This document shows, piece after piece, positions 1 through 10,678 of a stretch of 64,000 nucleotides of DNA. The DNA comes from Vicinamibacteria bacterium. Its GTDB lineage: Bacteria; Acidobacteriota; Vicinamibacteria; Marinacidobacterales; Marinacidobacteraceae. Position 1 is the first letter of the stretch; each line of letters starts with the position of its first letter. The translations under genes were made by a program, and so were the position numbers. Under the pieces are notes generated by a model. It worked only from the letters and a program-made list of their open reading frames with translations. It was not told the DNA's origin and made no database searches. The stretch spans positions 2,048,001 to 2,112,000 of the forward strand of contig OZ241322.1 in the NCBI GenBank assembly GCA_965199715.1, given 5' to 3'.

Positions 1-1796
1 TCGGCGGTCTTCATGTCGAGGATCAGCCCGCAGTCCTGGACCGCCACCAGCCGGTTGATGGACACCACGCCGGTCTCCGTGTCCACGCTCACGTCGGCCA
101 TCTGGACGCCGCCGACGCCGCTGTCGGTGAGTTGGCCCGGCCCCGGGTTGGCGCCGGTCGCCATGACCGGGTTCACGCCGACGAGCGCCGCCGCCCGCCG
201 CCACGGCATCGGCGGATTGGACCCGTCCATGAACCGCAGCTCGCCGTCCTTGAGCATCAGGTTCGCCGGCTCGGTCCCGAGGCGCGGCGCGATCCGCTCG
301 AACAGCGCGTCCACCGCGTTCAGCGCGGCCCGCCGGGTGGCGCCGCTGACGCCGCCCACGGTGGTGCTGCCCCCCGAAGCGCCCGAGGCCGGAAGCACGC
401 TCCGGCCCATCGTCACCTTGACCTCGTCGATGCCGAGGCCGAAGGTGTCGGCGAGCACGATCCCGATTACGGTCCGGGTGCCGGTTCCGAGGTCCTGGCT
501 GCCGATCCGGGCTTCCACGAGCCCGTCCCGATAGACGAGCACCTCGCAGTTGCTGCGGTGGCCGCGTCCGCCCCAGGTGTGGAGCGCGAGGCCGAGCCCG
601 GACTTGACGGTTCCCGAAGAGGAGCCCCGGGGCCGCCAGCGTTCGCGCCAGCCCATGAGCTCCGCGCCCTTCTCCAGCTCGTCCACGTAGGTCTGGGAGC
701 GATCGCCGGTCGTCCCGATGTTCTTCAGGAAGAAGTCGAGCGGATCCATGCCCGCGGCGTGCGCGAGGTCGTCGAGCGCCCGCATCGTGACGAAGCACGC
801 CTGCGGGTGGTTCGGGGCCCGCCACGCCCGCGCCGGCCCGGTGTTCGTCGGGACCGAGGTGTGGGCGTGGGTCTGGTTCGCGAACTCGAACACGTAGGGA
901 ATCGGGGGCGAACCCGCGCCGGCCGGACCGCCGGAACCCCAGCTCTTCGAGTTCCACCCGACCACGTTGCCTTCGGCGTCGGCGCCGAGCGTCACCTCGG
1001 CGTGGGTCGAGGGCCGGGAGCCGGCCACCGAGACTTCCTGGTCCCGGTCGAGCATCAGCTTCACCGGGCGTCCGGTCATCCGGGCCAGCTCCACGCCGAC
1101 GACGCCCCAGCGGTCGGCGCTGAACTTGCTCCCGAATCCGCCGCCCATGTACTGGGTCTCGACGTGGACGTTCGACGCCGGAATCCCGATCGCCTCGCCC
1201 AACTGGGACGCGACGCCGCTGATCGCCTGGGTCGACGCCCACACGGTGACGGACTCCTCGTCCTCCCACTCGGCGACCTGCCCATGGGACTCGAGCGAGC
1301 AGTGCGCGATCTGCGCCGCGTGGTAGCTGCCGCTCGCGGTGGTCGCGGCGGAAGCGAGCGCGGTATCGGGATCGCCGGTCGTCTCGGCCTGCGCTTCCTG
1401 CGGATCGGGCGCGTCGGCCAAGTTCCGCTCGGTGACGAAGTGGGGGAGCACCTCGTACTCGACGACCACCGCGTCGGCGCCGTCCCGCGCCGCTTCCTCG
1501 GAAGTCGCGGCGACGGCCACGATCTCGTCGTGCGCCCACTGGATCTCGGTGCCGACGTCCTGGATCACGTGCACCTTGACCACGCCGGGCATGGCCTCGG
1601 CGGCGGACGCGTCGATGCGGGTGATCCGGGCGTGCGCGTGCGGCGACTGGACCATGATGGCCCACAGCATCGCGAGCCGGTTCTTGTCGTAGGCGTACTT
1701 CGCGCGCCCGGTCGCCTTCACCGGCCCGTCCACCCGGTTCAGCCGGGAGCCGATGAGGCGCCGGTCGGAAGCTGCCGGCCAGACGTACTCAGCCAT
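1..1796 (-). CDS. Xanthine dehydrogenase/aldehyde oxidoreductase family molybdopterin-binding subunit (partial, runs off the left end)
   Basis: Minus-strand reading from ATG at 1796: MAEYVWPAASDRRLIGSRLNRVDGPVKATGRAKYAYD...VQSPHAHARITRID..., later YMGGGFGSKF and AWRAPNHPQ, typical of Mo-hydroxylase large subunits. Overlaps the stop of the upstream 2Fe-2S gene. Not in the ORF track because its stop lies outside the window. Confidence 0.9.
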   Translation of the reverse strand, partial: MAEYVWPAASDRRLIGSRLNRVDGPVKATGRAKYAYDKNRLAMLWAIMVQSPHAHARITRIDASAAEAMPGVVKVHVIQDVGTEIQWAHDEIVAVAATSEEAARDGADAVVVEYEVLPHFVTERNLADAPDPQEAQAETTGDPDTALASAATTASGSYHAAQIAHCSLESHGQVAEWEDEESVTVWASTQAISGVASQLGEAIGIPASNVHVETQYMGGGFGSKFSADRWGVVGVELARMTGRPVKLMLDRDQEVSVAGSRPSTHAEVTLGADAEGNVVGWNSKSWGSGGPAGAGSPPIPYVFEFANQTHAHTSVPTNTGPARAWRAPNHPQACFVTMRALDDLAHAAGMDPLDFFLKNIGTTGDRSQTYVDELEKGAELMGWRERWRPRGSSSGTVKSGLGLALHTWGGRGHRSNCEVLVYRDGLVEARIGSQDLGTGTRTVIGIVLADTFGLGIDEVKVTMGRSVLPASGASGGSTTVGGVSGATRRAALNAVDALFERIAPRLGTEPANLMLKDGELRFMDGSNPPMPWRRAAALVGVNPVMATGANPGPGQLTDSGVGGVQMADVSVDTETGVVSINRLVAVQDCGLILDMKTA

Positions 1797-2451
1797 TGGT
1801 CGTTCCTCCTCCGGAGACGCGGGCGACAGCCGCCCGGATCCCGGCGTAGGTGCCGCAGCGGCAGAGGTTGCCGCCCAGCTCCCGATGGGTCGTCTCGAGG
1901 TCGGGGTTCGGATGCCGGTCGAGCAGCGCGGCGCTCGCGACCACGAAGCCCGGCGTGCAGAAGCCGCACTGCTGGGCGTCGTGGTCCACGAAGGCCTGCT
2001 GCAGGGGATGCATGTCGTCCGGCGAGCCGATCCCCTCGATCGTCGTGACGTCGCGCCCCTGCGCCTCGATCGCGAGGACCGAGCAGGCGTAGGCCGGCGC
2101 GCCGTCCAGAAGGACCGTGCACGCCCCGCAGGTGCCCCGGTCGCACACCTTCTTGGAGCCGGTCAGGTCGAGGTGGTTCCGCAGCGCGTCCAGCAGCGTC
2201 ACCCTCGGCTCGACGGTCGCGACGTACGCCTCGCCGTTGATCCGGAAGGCCATGTCCACCGGATCCGGGCCGACGACGGCGGCTCCCTCCTGGGCTTCGG
2301 CGGCGTCGAGGAGCCCGCCGAGCGCGCCCGCCGAAACCGCTCCGGCGGCGGCGCTTCCCTGAAGAAACGCCCGTCGAGAGAAGGGCCCGGGGCGCGTGGG
2401 AGCGTCCGGCGCCTCCCCCCGCGCAACGTCAGGATTCTTGCCTTCGGCCAT
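1789..2451 (-). CDS. (2Fe-2S)-binding subunit of Mo-hydroxylase with Tat signal (PaoA/CoxS-like)
   Basis: C-terminal part of ORF 1789..3423. ATG at 2451 with GGAGG upstream. SRRAFL twin-arginine motif, CDRGTCGAC and QCGFC...NLCRC 2Fe-2S motifs. Confidence 0.92.
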   Translation of the reverse strand: MAEGKNPDVARGEAPDAPTRPGPFSRRAFLQGSAAAGAVSAGALGGLLDAAEAQEGAAVVGPDPVDMAFRINGEAYVATVEPRVTLLDALRNHLDLTGSKKVCDRGTCGACTVLLDGAPAYACSVLAIEAQGRDVTTIEGIGSPDDMHPLQQAFVDHDAQQCGFCTPGFVVASAALLDRHPNPDLETTHRELGGNLCRCGTYAGIRAAVARVSGGGTTNG

Positions 2452-2536
2452 CAAGGTTCCTCCAGAAGTCACGAAGCGTGACGGCTCCCAACTATACCAA
2501 CGGGAACCCGGCGGGCGGGGCGATAGCATCAGTCCG

Positions 2537-2854
2537 ATGCCGGGGCGGTCCTCCCATCGGAAGCGGCGCGATCCGGCCCCGCTCTCCGCGCTGCTGGGCC
2601 TCGCGCTCCCGCGGAAGCTCCAGAAGCGTTTTCTCGATCTGGAGCTTCTGTCCGACGCGTTCCGGGAGGTCGCGCCGGACCGGATGGTGCTGGAACTGGA
2701 GCCGGTCTCGTTCGAGCGCGGCGTCCTCACGCTGCAGGGCGCGGACCCCGATCCGACGTCCCCCCGAGAGCGGGCGGCGCTCGCCCGGCGCGTGCTGGAG
2801 GCCGCCGGCGCGCCCGCCGCGTCGCTTCGGATCCGCATCGTGGCCGGAACGTGA
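2537..2854 (+). CDS. Small protein, possibly DciA/DUF721 family
   Basis: MPGRSSHRKRRDPAPLSALL...LEPVSFERGVLTLQ...IRIVAG resembles the DUF721 pattern. Its stop overlaps the thiolase GTG, and a TAGCAT -10 lies 7 nt upstream of the ATG. Confidence 0.55.
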   Translation: MPGRSSHRKRRDPAPLSALLGLALPRKLQKRFLDLELLSDAFREVAPDRMVLELEPVSFERGVLTLQGADPDPTSPRERAALARRVLEAAGAPAASLRIRIVAGT

Positions 2855-4002
2855 CCGCGCCGGTCTGGATCGCGAGCGCGGTCCGCGCGCCGATCGGACG
2901 GTTCCTCGGCGCGCTCGCCGAAGTTCCGGCTCCCCGCCTCGGCGCCCTCGTCGCGGCCGAGGCGGCGCGCCGCGCCGGAGTCCCCCCGGAGGCGGTCGAT
3001 GAGGTGATTCTCGGGAACGTCCTGAGCGCCGGACTCGGCCAGAACCCGGCGCGGCGGGCCGCGCTCGGGGCTGGGTTTCCCCCCGGGGTCTCCGCGTTCT
3101 CGGTGAACAAGGTCTGCGGCTCCGGGCTGAAGGCGGTGATGCTGGCCCGCCAGGCGATCCTCGCCGGCGACGCCGAGATCGTCGTGGCCGGCGGCATGGA
3201 GTCCATGTCGCGCGCGCCCCACCTCGTCTCCCGGCTGCGCGAGGGCCGGAAGCTGGGCGACCTGCCGCTCGTGGACGCGGCCGTGCACGACGGGCTCACC
3301 GACGCCGGTTTGGGCATCCACATGGGAGAGACCGCGGAGCGGGTCGCCGACCGCTACGGGATCTCCCGCGAGGAGATGGACGAGGCGGCGCTCGAGAGCC
3401 ACCGCCGGGCCGCCGCCGCCCAAGCCGGCGGCCGATTCGCGGCGGAAATTCTACCGGTGGGGGGCCTCGACGGGGACGAGCCGGTGCGCGCCGACCAGAC
3501 GATGCAGGCGCTGGGGCGGCTTCGCCCGGCGTTCCGCAAGGACGGGCGGGTGACCGCCGGCAACGCCCCGGGCCTCAGCGACGGGGCCGCGGCGCTCGTG
3601 ATCGCGTCGGATCGCGCGGTCCGGTCCCGCGGCCTCCCCCGTCTCGCGCGCCTGCGCGCCCAGTCCGTATCCGGACTCGAGCCCGAGTGGGTGATGATGA
3701 CCCCGGTTCCGGCGGTGCGGACGCTCTTGGAGCGGCTCGACTGGACGGTGGACTCGGTCGCCCGGTTCGAGATCAACGAGGCCTTCGCGGTCCAGGGGAT
3801 CGCCGTCCGGCGCGAACTGGGGCTGCCCGAGGAGCGCACGAACGCGAACGGCGGGGCGGTCGCGCTCGGGCACCCGATCGGGGCCAGCGGCGCCCGCGTG
3901 CTGACCACGCTGGTCCACGCCCTGCCCGAAGGGAGCCGGGGCGTGGCCAGCTTGTGCCTCGGAGGCGGCAACGGCGTCGCCGTGGGAGTGGAACGTGTCT
4001 GA
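2851..4002 (+). CDS. Acetyl-CoA C-acetyltransferase (thiolase)
   Basis: [20 protein letters not shown] and CLGGGNG thiolase motifs. Confidence 0.95.
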   Translation: MTAPVWIASAVRAPIGRFLGALAEVPAPRLGALVAAEAARRAGVPPEAVDEVILGNVLSAGLGQNPARRAALGAGFPPGVSAFSVNKVCGSGLKAVMLARQAILAGDAEIVVAGGMESMSRAPHLVSRLREGRKLGDLPLVDAAVHDGLTDAGLGIHMGETAERVADRYGISREEMDEAALESHRRAAAAQAGGRFAAEILPVGGLDGDEPVRADQTMQALGRLRPAFRKDGRVTAGNAPGLSDGAAALVIASDRAVRSRGLPRLARLRAQSVSGLEPEWVMMTPVPAVRTLLERLDWTVDSVARFEINEAFAVQGIAVRRELGLPEERTNANGGAVALGHPIGASGARVLTTLVHALPEGSRGVASLCLGGGNGVAVGVERV

Positions 4003-4849
4003 CCGAGTCGCGGTGCTGGGCGCCGGAACCATGGGGGCGGGGATCGCGCAGGTCTTTTCGGTCGCCGGGTACCGGGTGGATCTGCTCGACGTGTCCGAAG
4101 AGCTGAGCGCTCGCGGCATGGACGCGATCCGGGCGAGCCTCCGGCGGGTGGAGAAGAAGGGCCGGATCGCCGGGCCCGACGCCCGCGCCGCGCTCGACCG
4201 GATCCGCCCGGGCGCGGGAGTCGCGCCGGTCGCCGGGGCGTCCTTCGTCGTGGAGGCGGTGGTCGAGCGCGAATCGGTGAAGCAGGAGCTCTACCGGGGG
4301 ATCGCCGGACTCGTCCCCGAAAGCGCCGTCCTCGCCTCGAACACGTCGTCGATCTCGATCACGCGCCTCGGCCGAGCCTCGGGACGAGCCGACCGGTTCA
4401 TCGGGATGCACTTCATGAACCCGGTTCCGGTCATGAAGCTGGTCGAGGTGATCGCGGGGCTCGAGACCTCGCCCGAGACGGTGCGCCGGACCGTCGCGCT
4501 GGCCAGGGAGCTCGGCAAGACCCCGTGCGTCGTCCGGGACGCTCCCGGATTCGTGTCCAACCGCGTGCTCGTTCCCATGATCAACGAGGCGATCGGCGCC
4601 CTCGCCGAAGGCGTCGGCGCGCCCGAGGACATCGACCGCATCATGAAGCTCGGGATGGGGCACCCGATGGGGCCGCTGGCGCTCGCCGATCTGATCGGGC
4701 TCGACGTCGTGCTCGACATCCTCCGCGTGCTTCAGTCCGGCTTCGGCGACCCGCGCTACCGGCCCTCGCCGCTGCTGGTCCAGATGGTGGACGCCGGCCG
4801 CCTCGGGCGGAAGACCGGCCGGGGATTCTTCGATTACGAGGGGGAATGA
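3995..4849 (+). CDS. hbd: 3-hydroxybutyryl-CoA/3-hydroxyacyl-CoA dehydrogenase
   Basis: GAGTMGAG Rossmann motif, [30 protein letters not shown]. Confidence 0.93.
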   Translation: MSDRVAVLGAGTMGAGIAQVFSVAGYRVDLLDVSEELSARGMDAIRASLRRVEKKGRIAGPDARAALDRIRPGAGVAPVAGASFVVEAVVERESVKQELYRGIAGLVPESAVLASNTSSISITRLGRASGRADRFIGMHFMNPVPVMKLVEVIAGLETSPETVRRTVALARELGKTPCVVRDAPGFVSNRVLVPMINEAIGALAEGVGAPEDIDRIMKLGMGHPMGPLALADLIGLDVVLDILRVLQSGFGDPRYRPSPLLVQMVDAGRLGRKTGRGFFDYEGE

Positions 4850-4965
4850 CGCGCCGGTTTTCCACAATGCGCGCCCGGGCTGCACATTTTTCGCTCGCGT
4901 TACGTGTTTAACGAGTAGCGGTTTTGGCCGCCCAGCTCTTCCCCATTCCCACGGAGTTCCTTCGC

Positions 4966-5973
4966 ATGCCCAAGAATCCCAAGAGCCCCAAGGGGCTTGA
5001 ACTCGCGCTGGAAAAAATCCAGCGCAACCACGGCAAGGGCGCCATCATGTCGCTCAACGCCCGTGCGCTCGACATTTCCTCGATCCCGACCGGAATCCTC
5101 TCGGTGGACGCCGCGCTCGGCGTGGGCGGCTTTCCCCGGGGGCGGGTCGTCGAGGTCTATGGCCCCGAGTCCTCGGGCAAGACCACCCTCGCGCTCACCG
5201 TGGCCGCCTCGGCGCAGGCCGGCGGCGGCGTCGCCGCCGTCGTGGACGCCGAGCACGCGCTGGACCCGGTGTACGCCGGCGCGCTCGGCGTGGACACCGA
5301 TCAGCTCCTCGTCTCGCAGCCCGACGACGGCGAGCAGGCGCTCGAGATCACCGAGACGCTCGTGCGCAGCGGATCCATCGACGTGGTGGTCGTGGATTCG
5401 GTCGCGGCGCTCGTCCCCCGGTCCGAGCTCGACGGCGAGATGGGCGACTCGCAGGTCGGGCTCCAGGCGCGGCTCATGTCGAAGGCGCTGCGCAAGCTCA
5501 CCGGCGCGGTCGCCAAGTCGGACACCTGCCTCATCTTCATCAACCAGCTCCGGGAGAAGATCGGGGTCATGTTCGGCAACCCGGAGACCCAGCCGGGGGG
5601 CCGCGCCCTCAAGTTCTACTCCTCGGTCCGCATCGACATCCGCCGGATCGGCGCGATCAAGGAAGGCGACCGCCCCATCGGGAACCGCACCCGGGTGAAG
5701 GTGGTGAAGAACAAGGTGGCGCCGCCCTTCCGCCAGGCCGAGTTCGACGTCCTCTACGGCGTGGGCATCTCCCGCATCGGCGACCTCATCGACCTGGCGG
5801 TCGCGAACCGGATCATCGAGAAGGCCGGAGCCTGGTATTCGTTCGACGGCGAGCAAGTGGGGCAGGGCCGGGAACGCGCCCGCCGCACGCTGGGCGAGAA
5901 CGAGGAGATGCGCGCGGCCGTTGAGTCCCGGGTCAAGAAGGCGCTCGGGATGGAGAAGGACGAGGAGGAGTAG
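4966..5973 (+). CDS. recA: Recombinase RecA
   Basis: GPESSGKTT Walker [36 protein letters not shown] at 4966 preceded by GGAG. Confidence 0.99.
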   Translation: MPKNPKSPKGLELALEKIQRNHGKGAIMSLNARALDISSIPTGILSVDAALGVGGFPRGRVVEVYGPESSGKTTLALTVAASAQAGGGVAAVVDAEHALDPVYAGALGVDTDQLLVSQPDDGEQALEITETLVRSGSIDVVVVDSVAALVPRSELDGEMGDSQVGLQARLMSKALRKLTGAVAKSDTCLIFINQLREKIGVMFGNPETQPGGRALKFYSSVRIDIRRIGAIKEGDRPIGNRTRVKVVKNKVAPPFRQAEFDVLYGVGISRIGDLIDLAVANRIIEKAGAWYSFDGEQVGQGRERARRTLGENEEMRAAVESRVKKALGMEKDEEE

Positions 5974-6612
5974 TCAGAACAGCGCGGGCTGCCGCCGGAC
6001 CGCGTCCAGCAAGTCCGGCCCGTCGTTCCTCGGCGAGTTGACCCGCGCGCTCACCGGACGGACCCCGAATCCCGCCTTGGGGGTTCGGGCGAGGTCCAGG
6101 AGGCGCTCCGGAGCCGCGTCCGGGTCCAGCCACTCCGCGACCGCGTCGCCCGTGAGCGCCGCCGGTTGGCGGTGGTGGATTTCGGCGAGCGCCTCGCTGG
6201 CCCTCGTCGTGAGCACCGCGAAGGTTCCGCGCTCCTCGATTCCCGCCAGGAAGATCGGCGCTCCGCCGGCGTGGATGAAGTACGGCTGCTTCCGGCGCCA
6301 CTCGAACCATCCTCGGATCGGGGCCACGCATCGCGTCCGGCGGAAGGACTCCCGGAACGTCGCCTTGTGGTGCACGGTCTCGGCCCGGGCGTTGATCGGC
6401 GGCGGAATCCCGCTCGGCGGAACGGCCGGGACAAGCCCCCAGCGCAGCGTCCCGAGCGTCCGCCGACCCGAATCCGTCCGGCAAACGACGAAGTCCTGCC
6501 CGGGGCATCCGTTGTAGCGCCGCCGGAGCGACAGATCCGGGGCGGGAGCGCCCTCGAGGCAGGCTTCGGACAGCTCGTCGAGGTCGAAGTCCTGCGTCAT
6601 CCGTCCGCACAT
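5974..6612 (-). CDS. SOS response-associated peptidase (SRAP/YedK/HMCES family)
   Basis: N-terminal MCGR (catalytic Cys2), RYN, INARAET, FEW and IHHRQP motifs. Confidence 0.92.
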   Translation of the reverse strand: MCGRMTQDFDLDELSEACLEGAPAPDLSLRRRYNGCPGQDFVVCRTDSGRRTLGTLRWGLVPAVPPSGIPPPINARAETVHHKATFRESFRRTRCVAPIRGWFEWRRKQPYFIHAGGAPIFLAGIEERGTFAVLTTRASEALAEIHHRQPAALTGDAVAEWLDPDAAPERLLDLARTPKAGFGVRPVSARVNSPRNDGPDLLDAVRRQPALF

Positions 6613-6674
6613 GGCGGGGTCACCTTACGCCCTTCGGGGACCCGCGCTCTGTGCGAAACTACCCGCCGCGCCGG

Positions 6675-6747
<73 letters not shown>

Positions 6748-6755
6748 CCCCGGGC

Positions 6756-8444
6756 CTAATTCGGCTCCCGCGAATCCGCGGTCGAGGTCGTGAGCTGCCC
6801 GAGCGTGCGCACGTAATCGTTGATCCCGTCGGCGATGGCCGCCGAGATCTTGTCCCGGTACGCGGAGTCGCGCAGCAGCCGGGCCTCGGCGCGGTTGGAC
6901 ACGAACCCGAGCTCCAGCAGGATCGCCGGCATCCGCGCCCCGAGGAGGACGTGGAACCCGGCGGTCTTGACCCCCCGGTTGTGCGAGCTGCGGGGATTGT
7001 CGAGCAGCCGCTCGACCAGCGCGTCCTGCGCCGCGTTCGCGAGCGCCCGCGACTCCTCCAGCCGGTTGTTGTTCATGATCCGCTGGACGAGCTTCGGCAC
7101 GTCCGCCATGGGGACGCCGCCGGCCGAGGCGTTCTCCCGCGCCGCCACCGATTCGGCGTCGGGCGAGGTCGCGAAGTTCAGGTAGTAGGTCTCGACGCCG
7201 CGGGCGTTGCGGTTGCGGGCGGCGTTCACGTGGATCGACACGAACAGGTCCGCCTCGCCGCTGTTGGCGAGGAACGCGCGCTTCTCCAGCGGGATGAACA
7301 CGTCGGTCTCGCGGGTCATTACGACCTCGTAGCCGTCCGCTTCGAGCAGCTCCCGGACCCGCAGCGCCACGTCCAGCACGATGTCCTTTTCCCGCAGCGA
7401 TCCCGAGAGCGTCCCCGGATCCTTGCCCCCGTGCCCGGCGTCCAGAACGATCCGCCGCACCCCGGCGCCGAGCTGGCGCGCGATCGAGAAACCGTTCTCG
7501 GTCGGCTGCGCCGCCTCGGGAGCGGCGGCAGCGTCCTCGGGGGCCCTCGGGGGCGGGCGCGGCCTGGCTTCCGCCGTGACCACGGGCCGTTCGCCCTCGC
7601 TGTCCACGACCACCCGATACGGGTTCGGCAGCACGAAGACGTTCGTCTTGGTCACGCTGCCGAAGTCCAGCACCACCCGCACCACGTCTCCCTCGCGGGC
7701 GCCGACCCGGATGCGCGTCAGGTGCGATCCCTCGATCGGAAACACCCGCGCGGCCAGCTCCTCGGAAAGGCGGGCGCCGTGGAAGTCGAGGAACACCCGC
7801 TCCGGATCGGAGAGCTTCCCCTCCACGTGGGGAACCTCGCCGTCGAAGTCGATGACCACCCGGGTGTGCGAGTCGCCGACCCAGTGGCGCACGTCCAGCA
7901 CCGACCGGTGCGGGTTCGCCGGCACGATCGCCGGCGGGGCGGGGGCGGTCTCGACCGGCGGCGCGGGCGGATCGAGCGCCGCCGTCGCCCGCCGCCACGC
8001 CGGCGTTCCCGCCGCGATCCGCCGGCTCGCGCGTTCGGCCCGGGCGCGGTCGTCCAGCGGGTCGAGCCAGAGCTGGACCGTCTCGGCGAGCGCGTCCGGA
8101 ACCCACTTGCTCGACGGGTAGCCGTTCGTCAGCAGGGTGAAGGCGTTCACCGCCGAAACGGCGAGTTCCCGGCTCTCGAATCGATGGGCCGCCTCCCGCA
8201 GCAGGAGGCCCCGGCTGTGGAGCGCGTCGTCGCAGTAGCCGCTCCGGGGCCAGGTGCGCACGACCTTCTGGTACAGATCCGCCGCGTGCGTCCACTCCCG
8301 CCGCGACTCCATCCGGGACTCCGAGCCCCTCAGGCGCGCTTCCGCGGTCCGCGCCTCGTCGTACAGCTGCTTCGCCGGCTGGGCGGCCGCCGGCGCGGGG
8401 GCGAGGAGCGCCGCAACCAGCGCGAGCGATCCGCGGAACCTCAT
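6756..8444 (-). CDS. N-acetylmuramoyl-L-alanine amidase (signal peptide, helical N-terminal region, AMIN, Amidase_3)
   Basis: Start MRFRGSLALVAALL at 8444. AMIN-like TRVVIDFD and VRVVLDF. LDAGHGGKDPG, E, SIHVNA and LLELGF catalytic motifs. Confidence 0.93.
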   Translation of the reverse strand: MRFRGSLALVAALLAPAPAAAQPAKQLYDEARTAEARLRGSESRMESRREWTHAADLYQKVVRTWPRSGYCDDALHSRGLLLREAAHRFESRELAVSAVNAFTLLTNGYPSSKWVPDALAETVQLWLDPLDDRARAERASRRIAAGTPAWRRATAALDPPAPPVETAPAPPAIVPANPHRSVLDVRHWVGDSHTRVVIDFDGEVPHVEGKLSDPERVFLDFHGARLSEELAARVFPIEGSHLTRIRVGAREGDVVRVVLDFGSVTKTNVFVLPNPYRVVVDSEGERPVVTAEARPRPPPRAPEDAAAAPEAAQPTENGFSIARQLGAGVRRIVLDAGHGGKDPGTLSGSLREKDIVLDVALRVRELLEADGYEVVMTRETDVFIPLEKRAFLANSGEADLFVSIHVNAARNRNARGVETYYLNFATSPDAESVAARENASAGGVPMADVPKLVQRIMNNNRLEESRALANAAQDALVERLLDNPRSSHNRGVKTAGFHVLLGARMPAILLELGFVSNRAEARLLRDSAYRDKISAAIADGINDYVRTLGQLTTSTADSREPN

Positions 8445-10678
8445 GGCTGCACCAGAACTTCGCGGGCCTGGGCCCCGCGCTGCGGGCCGACCACGCCCTG
8501 ACGCTCGAGCGCCGCGACGATCCGCCGCGAACGCTGGTATCCCAGTCCGAGTTCGGTCTGGAGCATCGACGTGGAGGCCTTCCGCTCCCGTACGAAGATG
8601 TCCCGCGCCGCCGGAAGCATCTCGTCTTCCTTCCGATCGCCGCCCACAGCCGGCGCCGCCGCTCCGTTCGTTCCCGCCGCCTCCGGACCGTCGAGGCTCT
8701 CCAGCATCCCGTCGTCGAACGCCGGCTCGCCTGCCTTGGCCCAAAAGCGCGTGAGCTGCTTCACTTCCTTCTCGGTCACGAACGCGCCCTGCGCCCGCGG
8801 CATCTCGGCTCCGCCGCGCATCATGAGCATGTCTCCCTTGCCGATGAGGTGTTCGGCCCCGCTGCGGTCGAGGATCACCTTGGAATCCACTTGGGTCGCC
8901 ACGCGGAAGGCGATCCGGGAGGGAAGGTTGGCCTTCAGGGTCCCGCTGATGACGTCGGTCGAGGGGCGCTGGGTGGCGAGCACGAGATGGATGCCCTCGG
9001 CGCGCCCCAGCGCCAGCAGGCGCTGGATCGCGGGGGTCACCTCGGCCCGCGCATGCGCGAACAGATCCTGGAGCTCGTCGATCACGACCACGAGCCGCGA
9101 CAGCGGCTCCGGCAGCTCCTCGTCCGCACCGCGCTTGTGCGCCTGCGCCTCGCCGAGGCTGCGCACGTACTGGTTGTAGCCGGTGATGTTGCGCACCCTA
9201 GCCTCCTCGAGGAGGCGCATCCGCCGATCCATCTCCCGGCACGCCCGCAGCAGCACGATCTTCGCCTTCTCCGGGTCCTTGATGAGCGGAGTCAGCAGGT
9301 GGGGGATCGACTCGTAGGGCTGCAGCTCCATCCGTTTCATGTCCACGAGGATCAGCCGCAGCTCGTCCGGAGTCCGGCGGTACAGCAGCGAGCAGAGCAG
9401 CGCGTTGAGCAGCACCGACTTTCCCGCGCCGGTGGCCCCGGCCACGAGCAGGTGCGGCATCTCCACCAGATCGCGGACCAGCGGCCGGCCGTCCACCAGC
9501 CGGCCGACCGCGATCGGCAGCTCCCCGCTCTCCTCGGCGAACGCCGGATCCTCGAGAAGTTCCCGCAGGCCGACCATCGCCGGATCCTCGTTCGGAACCT
9601 CGACCCCGACGACGTCGCGTCCCCGGACCCGCTCCACTCGGATGCTCGGCGCCCTGAGCGCCATGCAGATTTCCTCGCGCAGGCCCTGAAGCCGCTTCAG
9701 CGCCTGTCCTTCGCCCAACCGATACTCGAACGTGGTCACGACCGGCCCGGGCTGGATCTGCACGACCTCTCCCCGGACCCGGTGCTGCTCGCACGCCTCC
9801 TCGAGCGCCATCCGGCGCGCCGCCAGGAGCTTCCGGGACGGACCCGGCTGGTGCGCGCGGCGAGTGAAAATCCGGATCGAGGGCAGCTTCCAGTCGCCGC
9901 TTCCGGCCTCGTCCGGCTTCGGGTTCCCGAGCGGCAGGGTCCGCGGTCGCGTCCGCTTGCGGCTCCGCTTCGGCGCAGCCGCCGGCGCCGCGACGGCAGG
10001 CGCCCGCGGGGGCTTCCGGCGCCTCTGGATGCGGGCGACGAACCGCCGCGCGGTCTCCTCGCGCTCGCGCCGCCGCCGCATCGCCCCGATCCAGCGCCGC
10101 GTCCAGGCGACCGGCCGGAAGCGGAACGTTTCGGGCGCCTCCGTCGCGGCCCGTCCGAACCCGCGGAACGCCCCGGCCGCGATCACCGCGAAGGCGGTGA
10201 GCGTCACTCCGGTCCCGACCTCGCCCATGGCGCTCGCGAGGCCGCGCTGGAGCAGCGCTCCTAGATACCCGCCCCATGGGATCTGCGCGGTCGCGACGCT
10301 CCCGAACCGGGCCTGCGCGAGCCCGAGAAGCCCGGCGACGCTGACGACCAGGCTGGCGACGAGGAGCGCCCGCACGCCGGCCGCCGGCGGCTCGGCCTCC
10401 CCGGTCGGGCGCAACCGGCGGATTCCGCCGAGGAGCATCAGGATGGGGACGACCACCGCGACCGCGCCGACGAGCTGGAAGGCGATTTCGGCGACGAGGG
10501 CGCCGGTCGGTCCGAGCAGGTTGGACGTGACCGGATCGCCGGCGCTCAGCAGCGGCACCGGGTCGTCGGGCGACCACGACGCCAGCGCGAGGGCGAAGAG
10601 CGCGCCGCCGGCGACCAACGCGACGCCGGCCGCGAAGCGGTGTCCGAACCCAGCCTTAACCGCTGGCCAGACCGACAC
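8441..10678 (-). CDS. ftsK: DNA translocase FtsK
   Basis: N-terminal TM segments, MPHLLVAGATGAGKS, VVIDE, LATQRPS and a C-terminal gamma domain (ASTSMLQ...GYQRSRRI). Confidence 0.96.
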   Translation of the reverse strand: MSVWPAVKAGFGHRFAAGVALVAGGALFALALASWSPDDPVPLLSAGDPVTSNLLGPTGALVAEIAFQLVGAVAVVVPILMLLGGIRRLRPTGEAEPPAAGVRALLVASLVVSVAGLLGLAQARFGSVATAQIPWGGYLGALLQRGLASAMGEVGTGVTLTAFAVIAAGAFRGFGRAATEAPETFRFRPVAWTRRWIGAMRRRREREETARRFVARIQRRRKPPRAPAVAAPAAAPKRSRKRTRPRTLPLGNPKPDEAGSGDWKLPSIRIFTRRAHQPGPSRKLLAARRMALEEACEQHRVRGEVVQIQPGPVVTTFEYRLGEGQALKRLQGLREEICMALRAPSIRVERVRGRDVVGVEVPNEDPAMVGLRELLEDPAFAEESGELPIAVGRLVDGRPLVRDLVEMPHLLVAGATGAGKSVLLNALLCSLLYRRTPDELRLILVDMKRMELQPYESIPHLLTPLIKDPEKAKIVLLRACREMDRRMRLLEEARVRNITGYNQYVRSLGEAQAHKRGADEELPEPLSRLVVVIDELQDLFAHARAEVTPAIQRLLALGRAEGIHLVLATQRPSTDVISGTLKANLPSRIAFRVATQVDSKVILDRSGAEHLIGKGDMLMMRGGAEMPRAQGAFVTEKEVKQLTRFWAKAGEPAFDDGMLESLDGPEAAGTNGAAAPAVGGDRKEDEMLPAARDIFVRERKASTSMLQTELGLGYQRSRRIVAALERQGVVGPQRGAQAREVLVQP

